NCBI GenBank assembly: GCA_963665325.3 | Contig: OZ224045.1 | Location: 480,001-544,000 of the forward strand | DNA: 64,000 nucleotides | Source: Alphaproteobacteria bacterium | GTDB lineage: Bacteria; Pseudomonadota; Alphaproteobacteria; Bin95 | Direction: 5' to 3' | Shown: piece by piece, positions 57,626 to 64,000 of the stretch | Position numbering within the stretch: the stretch's first letter is position 1 | Layout: each line of letters begins with the position of its first letter | The notes under the pieces: model-generated | What the model saw: only the letters and a program-made list of their open reading frames with translations | Databases searched by the model: none | What the model was told of the DNA's origin: nothing | Translations under genes and position numbers: made by a program

Positions 57626-58705
57626 TCAGGTCGGCTCGCCCGACCCCCGCTCTTCTCCTCCTCCCCCGGATCGGGAGCCTGTCCCGGACGCGATCCGGGA
57701 TCCGGGGCAGGCCGCGCAGCGGAACAGCGGCGCCAACCGGGCGCGCAGCGCGGCGGCGCCGAGGTCGATCAGGTCGTCGTTGAAGTCGTTGCCGACGGGC
57801 ACGATCACCGTGGCGGCGATGCCGAGCCGCGCGCAGCGCCGGGCGAGGCGCTCGGCCGCGAGCGCGCCGTCCTCGTCGTTGTCGCGGGCGATGACGAGCC
57901 GCGCGAGGCCGGGCGGAGGCGCGAACGCGCCGAGGCTGCCGGCCGACAGCGCCGCCGCCGCGCGGATCTCCGGCACAGCGGCGACCAGAGACAGCACGGT
58001 CTCGATCCCCTCCCCGACGACGAGCGCGGCACCGTCGGAGGGCAACCCGAAGCGCACCGCGAGGCCGTAGACGCGGCCGAGCGCCTTGCGCGGCGACGCG
58101 ACGCCCGCCTTGGCGGGCGAGCGCGGATCGAGCCAGGTGCGCTGCACGCCGGTAATCGCGCCGTCGCCGGCGGTGAGGGCGGCGACCAGCGCCGGGAACC
58201 TGCGCACTGTTGAGCCTTCGCGGTAGCGAAGCTCGGGATGGAAGCGCAGCGCCGCGAAGCGGCAGCGCGACAGACCCCGCGCCTGCAGGTAGCGCTCGGC
58301 ATGTGTGCCGGCGACGGCGCGGCAGCGCCGCCACAGGCGGCGTGCCGCCTCGGTGGCGTCGTAGGGCGTGTCCGGCGCCCCCGGAACGTGGTCCGGGGCA
58401 GGCTCCAGGGCGAGGAAGGCGCGCGCCTCGTCGAGCGCCGCGCGCAGCGTCGGCGCTCCTGAGCGGTAGCGGATGAGGTCGAGCAGGTCGCCGTGCTGCC
58501 CCGTTGCTGCATCCGTCCAACCGCCCGGCTTGCCGGAGCCGGAGAGGCGGACGAAGAGCGAGCGGCCGCGGGCGCCGTCGAGGTCGCCGCAGATCCAGTA
58601 GCGGCCGAGCCGGCGGCCGTTGGGGAGATAGCGCCGGCACACGTCCTCGGCGCGCGCGGCGAGCGCCGCGGCAATGCCGGCGGCGGGAGACGGATCGTGC
58701 TGCAT
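57626..58705 (-). CDS. Toprim DNA primase of conjugative-element type
   Basis: AEDVCRRYLPNGRR, GDLLDLI, YLQARG, GVQRTWL, VGEGIETVLS, IARDNDEDG, DFNDDL. Confidence 0.88.
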   Translation of the reverse strand: MQHDPSPAAGIAAALAARAEDVCRRYLPNGRRLGRYWICGDLDGARGRSLFVRLSGSGKPGGWTDAATGQHGDLLDLIRYRSGAPTLRAALDEARAFLALEPAPDHVPGAPDTPYDATEAARRLWRRCRAVAGTHAERYLQARGLSRCRFAALRFHPELRYREGSTVRRFPALVAALTAGDGAITGVQRTWLDPRSPAKAGVASPRKALGRVYGLAVRFGLPSDGAALVVGEGIETVLSLVAAVPEIRAAAALSAGSLGAFAPPPGLARLVIARDNDEDGALAAERLARRCARLGIAATVIVPVGNDFNDDLIDLGAAALRARLAPLFRCAACPGSRIASGTGSRSGGGGEERGSGEPT

Positions 58706-58839
58706 GCGGGACCTCCTTCGAGCCAAGCGGGACGCCCGATACCGGCCGGCCTCCGCCTCCTGCCGGCGCCGGGACGGCGGGCGATGCGCGAAGCGCGAGC
58801 CGTGCCGTCCGGCCGGGGACGGCACCGGGCCGGCTGCAT

Positions 58840-58882
58840 AAAAAATGGCCGGTCCCGCGCGGGAGGAACGCGGAACCGGCCA
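58840..58882 (-). terminator. Intrinsic terminator
   Basis: TGGCCGGTTCCGCG...CGCGGGACCGGCCA hairpin followed by T6 on the minus strand. Confidence 0.55.
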
Positions 58883-58950
58883 GGGTCGGCGGGAGGGGCC
58901 CGCCGGAACGATGTCGGGAGGGGAAACATTACGGAATGGGAGAGCGCGGG

Positions 58951-58987
58951 AAACGAAAGCCCGCAGGGCGTTGACCCCGCGGGCTTT
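58951..58987 (-). terminator. Intrinsic terminator after ssb
   Basis: AAAGCCCGC...GCGGGCTTT hairpin followed by CGTTT. Confidence 0.6.
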
Positions 58988-59008
58988 ACGGTTTCGGCAA
59001 TGGGCCGC

Positions 59009-59464
59009 TTAGAACGGGATATCCGACGTGTCGATCGGATCGCCGCCGGCCGGCATGCCGCCGGTGTCGCCCGCCATGTCCGGGTCGGGCTGCATCTGCG
59101 AGCCGTTGCCGTTCGGCTTGTCCAGGAATTGGACGCGTCCGCCGGGGACCAGCAGGATCTCGGTCGAGAAGCGGTCGCCGTCCTCGCCCGGCTTCGACCA
59201 GCGCCGCGTCTGCAGCTTGCCGTCGACATAGACCAGCCGGCCCTTGGTGGCGTGCTTTTCGAACATGTCGATCAGCCCGTCCTGGAAGGTGACGACCCTG
59301 TGCCACTCGGTCTTGTCGATTTTGTTCCCGGAATTGCGATCGGTATACGATTCGTCGGTCGCAATGCTCAGATTGGCGACGCGGCCGCCCGAGGTGAGGT
59401 GGTTGACGGTGACGTCGGCGCCGAGGCGGCCGATGATCTGCACCTTGTTCAATCCGAAGGCCAT
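59009..59464 (-). CDS. ssb: Single-stranded DNA-binding protein (with DIPF tip)
   Basis: LNKVQIIGRLGAD, TEWHRVV, KGRLVYVDGKLQTRRW, ...SDIPF. Confidence 0.92.
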   Translation of the reverse strand: MAFGLNKVQIIGRLGADVTVNHLTSGGRVANLSIATDESYTDRNSGNKIDKTEWHRVVTFQDGLIDMFEKHATKGRLVYVDGKLQTRRWSKPGEDGDRFSTEILLVPGGRVQFLDKPNGNGSQMQPDPDMAGDTGGMPAGGDPIDTSDIPF

Positions 59465-59573
59465 GACGATCTCCTCATGGGTCCAAGTGTTGACGATGGG
59501 TTGCGAACGACCGGGGCCGGGTTCACTCCCCCGAACCCCCGACCGTTCAATCTCTACAAGCCCTCCTCCACCT

Positions 59574-59822
59574 CTATATCGCCGGAGGGATCGACGATGC
59601 GGGATCCCAGGGCTCGTCCGGTCCGGCCTCGTGCAGGCCGTAGTCCAGTGGCGGTTCCGGGGAGAGGCTCGCGAAGCCGCATGCGGAAAACACCGCAGCG
59701 TGGTCCGGACAGCGCATCGCACGGTCGTGCTCGATCGCCTCGCGGACGGTCAGCGGGTCGATGCCGAGTTCGGCGAGCAGGTCGCTGCTGCCGGGTTCGA
59801 GAGAATGGTCGGAAAGAAACAT
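59574..59822 (-). CDS. Small acidic hypothetical protein
   Basis: GAGGAG RBS; same orientation as its neighbours. Confidence 0.5.
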   Translation of the reverse strand: MFLSDHSLEPGSSDLLAELGIDPLTVREAIEHDRAMRCPDHAAVFSACGFASLSPEPPLDYGLHEAGPDEPWDPASSIPPAI

Positions 59823-59943
59823 GGGGCAACTCCTCTGCCGTTGCGTGCCCGGCGACCTGCCCCGGACACCGATCCGGGGTGGCGCGGAGGACCCTCTCCT
59901 CCGGCCTGCCGGACACTCGCCCGACAGGCGCTCTTCTCCTGCT

Positions 59944-60480
59944 CTACGAACCGGTGATGGATCGACGAATTTCCAGCAGCCGCTCGCACACCTCCCGCGG
60001 CGCCATCGACCCCAGATTGAACACCGGGATGCCGCGGGCCTCGGCGATGCGGATGGCCATGCCGGTTCCGCCCTCAGCGCGTCCTTCGGCCGACCACGCT
60101 ACGACTGCATGGACGGGGCGGTCGAGATTCCCACCCGTGACGACCGCCGCGTTTCGGGCATGCAACTTCCGGACGGCGGGCGAGCACCGGTCCCACGCGG
60201 GATGCAACCCTTCCGCGATCTCCATGCACGCCATCATCGCCGCCGCAGACAGCACCCGGCAGTCCGGCCCGCGATGCCCGTTGTAGCCCCGCCACGGCAG
60301 CCAGACCGTCCGCTGCCCGGCCGGCGCTCCCGCGGCGAATGCACTGTCGGCGCCGGCCGCCCCGCCAGTCGAGAGAGACCAGCCGGTGCGCGCCAGCCAT
60401 CCCGCCATCACCTTCATATCGGCCAGCACGGCCTCCGGTGTCGCCCGCGCCCCGATGCCCGCGTAAATCGGCGTCGTCAT
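59944..60480 (-). CDS. DprA/Smf-like SLOG protein
   Basis: YAGIGARATP, LSTGGAAGADSAF, LHARN, GGTGMAIRIAEARGIPVFNL. Confidence 0.8.
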   Translation of the reverse strand: MTTPIYAGIGARATPEAVLADMKVMAGWLARTGWSLSTGGAAGADSAFAAGAPAGQRTVWLPWRGYNGHRGPDCRVLSAAAMMACMEIAEGLHPAWDRCSPAVRKLHARNAAVVTGGNLDRPVHAVVAWSAEGRAEGGTGMAIRIAEARGIPVFNLGSMAPREVCERLLEIRRSITGS

Positions 60481-60683
60481 GTCCCGGCCTCCCCGGTTGC
60501 GAATTCCGCCGCTCCCTCTGCGTCAGCGGCTTCGCTCCCGGCAGGCTCCCCTTCGCCTCTGCGTCTGCGTTCGGTGCGCCGCCGCCTGAATTGTCGCGGG
60601 CGCCGGCGCATCGCTGCGCCAGGGACGGACGGAAGGGGACCGGGTGGCGGGCCCCCTGGCGGCGGGTAGTGGGTTCGACGCTC

Positions 60684-61289
60684 TCAGGCGGAGCTGCCGC
60701 AACGGTCCCGGACAGCGTCGGCCAGGGCCGCCACGCCGCGGCGATGCACGTTCAGGACCTTGGCGCCGCGAAGGACCGCCGTCGCCTTGTGGGCGATCTC
60801 GGTCGACACCCGGATGACGGCAATGTCGGACCAGGCAAGCAGCGAGCCGACCGTCCTCCTGTTCGGGGTGGTGTCTTCGGTGACGAAGCGAAGCTCGATG
60901 CGGCCGCGGCAGAGCCGTTCGAGGTCGCCGCGCGTGCCGGGCGAGCCGCCCGCGTCCAGCAGCCTGGTCCAGCCGGCCCGGCGCATCGCGGCGAGCATGT
61001 CCTCGACCGCGCGGCGGTTGTCGCTGCCGCCGCAGGTCTCGCAATGTTCGGCGGCGACGGGAACCGGTATGCGGGCGTCGCCGGGCGCCGGTAGGCAGGC
61101 GGCCTTCCGGCAATGGCGCGCGAAGGCGGCGGCGAGCACGCGGTCGACCGCCTCGATCTTCGCCTCGGCGATGCGGGTCTTGCCGGCCCGCGTCAGGCCG
61201 GCCTGCCGAAGGCGGTCGAGCGCCGGTTCCGCGCCGGCGCCGCGGAAACCCCGGGACGCCAGGAGCTCCGACAGGGCGATGTCGTTCAT
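60684..61289 (-). CDS. Hypothetical protein with Zn-finger and DUF2325-like Rossmann domain
   Basis: HC..AAC...CETCGG, then LLDAGGSPG...WSDIAVI...IAHKAT. Confidence 0.55.
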   Translation of the reverse strand: MNDIALSELLASRGFRGAGAEPALDRLRQAGLTRAGKTRIAEAKIEAVDRVLAAAFARHCRKAACLPAPGDARIPVPVAAEHCETCGGSDNRRAVEDMLAAMRRAGWTRLLDAGGSPGTRGDLERLCRGRIELRFVTEDTTPNRRTVGSLLAWSDIAVIRVSTEIAHKATAVLRGAKVLNVHRRGVAALADAVRDRCGSSA

Positions 61290-61417
61290 GCGGCGGTCCT
61301 CCTCCGGGCGGTTTCGAAGGGATCGGGCGCGCACCGCCCGCGACGGCGTCTCGACAGAGGACGGCGGGCCGGCTGCGCAGCAGTGCCGCCGGCGCAACCG
61401 GCGGCGCGGAGAAGCGG

Positions 61418-61756
61418 TCAGGCGGCCTCGGACGCGGTGACGCGCAGCTTGCCGCCGGCCGGCGAGCGCGGCTGGCGGATGACGATGTCGATGTCGCGCC
61501 CGAGCATGGTCAGAAGGCGCAACAGGCGCTCCAGCGAATACTCGCGGAAGTCGCCCCGGAGCAGCCGCGACACGTCGGGCTGGGAGAGGCCGAGCATCCG
61601 CCCGGCCTCGGCCTGGGTGATGCCGCGCTGCCGGACGATGTCGTCGATGCGGCTGACGAGCTCGGCCTTGACGATATGCGCGTCGGCCTCCGGGTGGCCG
61701 AGATCGGCGAAGACGTTGGCGCTGCCGCGTTCGACGGCGGTGTCGGCGATGCTCAT
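61418..61756 (-). CDS. XRE/HTH antitoxin (HigA/Ata-like)
   Basis: GSANVFADLG, ITQAEAGRMLGLSQPDVSRLLRG, YSLERL. Confidence 0.88.
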   Translation of the reverse strand: MSIADTAVERGSANVFADLGHPEADAHIVKAELVSRIDDIVRQRGITQAEAGRMLGLSQPDVSRLLRGDFREYSLERLLRLLTMLGRDIDIVIRQPRSPAGGKLRVTASEAA

Positions 61757-61766
61757 GGTTCCGTCC

Positions 61767-62117
61767 TCACTCCCGGGTGTCCCTGTAATGCCGTTCGGCG
61801 GCCCTCAGGCGGCGCCGGACCGTGTCGAGCTCCTTCTTCGGCGTGGCGATGCCCCGCCTGGCCTTCTTCTGGAAGGCATGCAGGACATAGACCGCCGTCT
61901 CGAAGCGGACCGTGTAGACGGCCCGGAAGGTGTCGCCGTCGTGACGGGACACCACTTCCAGGACGCCGGCGCCGAACCCGACGAGCGGTTTGGCGTCGCG
62001 GTGCCGGAGACCGGCCTGGGCCCGGTAGATGGCGAAGCCCATGCGGTCCTTCACGGGGTCGGGAAACCGCTTCAGATCCGCCCTGCTCGATCCCACCCAT
62101 TCGACCGGTTTCAGCAT
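61767..62117 (-). CDS. RelE/Gp49-like toxin (HigB/Tad-like)
   Basis: KPVEWVGSSRADLKRFP, FRAVYTV, VYVLHAFQKK, TPKKEL; toxin-first order. Confidence 0.9.
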   Translation of the reverse strand: MLKPVEWVGSSRADLKRFPDPVKDRMGFAIYRAQAGLRHRDAKPLVGFGAGVLEVVSRHDGDTFRAVYTVRFETAVYVLHAFQKKARRGIATPKKELDTVRRRLRAAERHYRDTRE

Positions 62118-62198
62118 GGTGTCTTCCGTCCGGCAATATAGGGGTTCCACCCTACAGACGCAAGCAGGCCGGCGGCGCAGCCCGGGCGGCGGGGCGGC

Positions 62199-62468
62199 TC
62201 AGTGCCAGGCGCCGCCATCGGGATCGTCCTCCTCGGCGCGCATGGAGGCGGCCGCCATGGCGGTCCAGGCATCCCTGTCGTATCCGATGCGCCGGTTCAA
62301 TTTATCGCAAATGGACAGGGCATCGTCGAGGTCCAGCGCCACCAGCGCGGTCGGCACATGGCCGGAGAGGCCTTCGATCACGATTCTGATCTGCTGCACG
62401 TCGGCCTCGATGTCGTAGGCGGGGGCGAAACAAAAATCCGGGTTGTCGGGCAGGGTCTGCGCGGTCAT
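62199..62468 (-). CDS. Hypothetical protein
   Basis: AAGGAG RBS, MTAQTLPDNPDFCF... Confidence 0.6.
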   Translation of the reverse strand: MTAQTLPDNPDFCFAPAYDIEADVQQIRIVIEGLSGHVPTALVALDLDDALSICDKLNRRIGYDRDAWTAMAAASMRAEEDDPDGGAWH

Positions 62469-62559
62469 GTCACTCTCCTTCGGGCACGGCGGCAGGGGCC
62501 GCCGCCCGGCCGGCAATACGTATACCGGCCGGGCATCGGGTGGGCGATTTTTTGCGGGA

Positions 62560-64000
62560 TCAGGCGGCGAGCGGCCAGCGGTCGAGGAGGCGCTCGACCG
62601 TCTCCGCATTGGGCGCGAATATCCGGGCGCGGAACGAGACGATTTCGACGGTGCACCCCATGCGCTTCAGCGCGTCCATGTCGGTGTCCGCCGGTCCCTC
62701 GACCTCGACCCGGTCGGCGCCCATCAGGCGCCGGCGCGCGAGCCGCCAGCCGTTGGCGAGCGCGAGCGCGTTGCCGCGTCCCATGACCGCCTCGAACGCT
62801 TCCTTGCCCGTCATGGCGGGTCCGCCGTCAAGGCCGAAGCCGGCGCGGACGGCGCGCACCTGCTCGGCGTCGAGCACGCGCCCGATGAGCGAGATACCGT
62901 CATCCGACGTGAGGCGGCGCACCCGCATGTTCTCCTCCGGCAGGCGGTCCCAGACCGGCAGCAGGAGGCCGGTGGCGAGCCAGAAGCGCGACTCCCGGTG
63001 GGACGGCAGGCCGGCGATCTCGGTGTCCCACACGCGCCGCCACTGCGCTTCGTCGGCGCAGCGCCAGTGCGATGCGTCGAGCTCGGCCCGCGCCATGGTC
63101 TCGCCGGTGGCGGGCCGGATGAGCCGCACCCGTTCCTGCACCCCGCCGTCGTCGATCATGCGCGACGATGCCGGCAGCACCACGGCGGCGCGCTTCGAGC
63201 GGGCGTTGACCGCGAGGCGCGGCTTGCCGTCCGGACCGGGATCGCGTTCGCCGATCTCCAGCGCGGCGTCGGGGGTGAGCGGCACCAGCTTGTCGCGGCG
63301 GACGATCTCGACCAACTCGGTGGCGGCTCCGGTGCCGGGATGCTCGTAGAGGGTCTCGCGCCCGGCGATGGTGAGCGAATCGGCGATCACGGTCTCGACG
63401 CCGACCTCGTAGCTGCCGGCCTCGATCGCCTGCTCGATATTGGAAGCGATACGGCTCTCCAGCTCGGCGAAGAGCTGGTTCTGCTCGGCGATGGGGAGCG
63501 CCAGCAGCCGGTTGAGGAACCTCGGCATGGGCGGCAGGTCGTCCTTGAGCGATCCCTCCCAGGTGAGCTTCAGCCCGGTGGCCTTCTCGAAACGCTCCAG
63601 ATTCCAGCCCTCGATGCTGCCGCGCCAGAGCGCGCCGTAGAACTGCCTGAGCGCCGCCTTGGCGTAGACGCTCTCCAGGTTGTCGCTCTCGCGGAACAGC
63701 GCCGCGTCGCTGCCGCCCATCGCGGTCTGGCTGTCCCGCTGGCCCCGCGTGATGGCGCCCAGGCTGTCCAACCTTCTGGCGATGGTGGCGATGAAGCGGC
63801 GCTCGCCCTTCACGTCCGTGGTCACGGGTCGGAACAGAGGCGCCGAGGCCTGGTGCGTGCGATGGGTCCTGCCCAGCCCCTGGATCGCCTGGTCGGCGCG
63901 CCAGCCCGGCTCCAGCAGGTAATGGATGCGCCGCTCGGTATTCCCGCAGGACAGGTCGGCGTGGTAGCTCCTGCCGGTGCCGCCGGCCATCGAGAAGACC
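62560..64000 (-). CDS. Strawberry-notch-like helicase, C-terminal part (5' end outside window)
   Basis: AGGTGRSYHAD, LLEPGWRADQAIQGLGRTHR, GERRFIATIARRLDSLGAITRGQR, FLNRLLAL. Confidence 0.9.
   Translation of the reverse strand, partial: VFSMAGGTGRSYHADLSCGNTERRIHYLLEPGWRADQAIQGLGRTHRTHQASAPLFRPVTTDVKGERRFIATIARRLDSLGAITRGQRDSQTAMGGSDAALFRESDNLESVYAKAALRQFYGALWRGSIEGWNLERFEKATGLKLTWEGSLKDDLPPMPRFLNRLLALPIAEQNQLFAELESRIASNIEQAIEAGSYEVGVETVIADSLTIAGRETLYEHPGTGAATELVEIVRRDKLVPLTPDAALEIGERDPGPDGKPRLAVNARSKRAAVVLPASSRMIDDGGVQERVRLIRPATGETMARAELDASHWRCADEAQWRRVWDTEIAGLPSHRESRFWLATGLLLPVWDRLPEENMRVRRLTSDDGISLIGRVLDAEQVRAVRAGFGLDGGPAMTGKEAFEAVMGRGNALALANGWRLARRRLMGADRVEVEGPADTDMDALKRMGCTVEIVSFRARIFAPNAETVERLLDRWPLAA

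Larger units (their letters stand above)
28762..64000. mobile_element. F-type (MPF-F/MOBF) conjugative element, probably an ICE (boundaries not in window)
   Basis: Complete tra set, T4CP, relaxase, nic, excisionase-like gene and leading region. No integrase or rep seen in the window. Confidence 0.88.

Noticed and set aside
1-64000. tRNA/rRNA genes, ICE integrase or att site
   Set aside because: None recognised by eye, so ICE versus plasmid status is unresolved.

Overview
High-GC (roughly 70% by eye) window, probably alphaproteobacterial and reminiscent of marine host-associated or sponge-symbiont genomes (inference). It consists entirely of nested mobile DNA. (1) 1-~18804 is the left/early half of a Mu-like transposable prophage on the minus strand: repressor/Cro switch, MuA, MuB, Gam, an MT-A70 methylase, GemA, Mor, lysis genes, terminase, portal, and a MuF head protein with a kinase-like C-terminal extension. 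(2) A giant Calx-beta/lectin-fold autotransporter gene appears to have lost its 5' end to the prophage. It is also split by (3) a 4383-bp TG...CA transposon with a 6-bp target duplication (23215-27597) that encodes a Zn-finger/HTH protein, a DDE transposase, an ExeA-like ATPase and a RepA-like helicase next to origin-like repeats. (4) An F-type conjugative element follows: an FseA-like activator, an RdfS-like excisionase, traALEKBVC-trbI-trhF-traWU-trbC-traNFHG, traD and a MOBF relaxase. It has an F-like nic site at 55335/55336 preceded by a phased palindrome array, then a minus-strand leading region (SLOG proteins, DUF4326, primase, SSB, TA pair, strawberry-notch helicase). Three single-base frameshifts at homopolymers may be sequencing errors. 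All family assignments come from motif recognition, not database searches.
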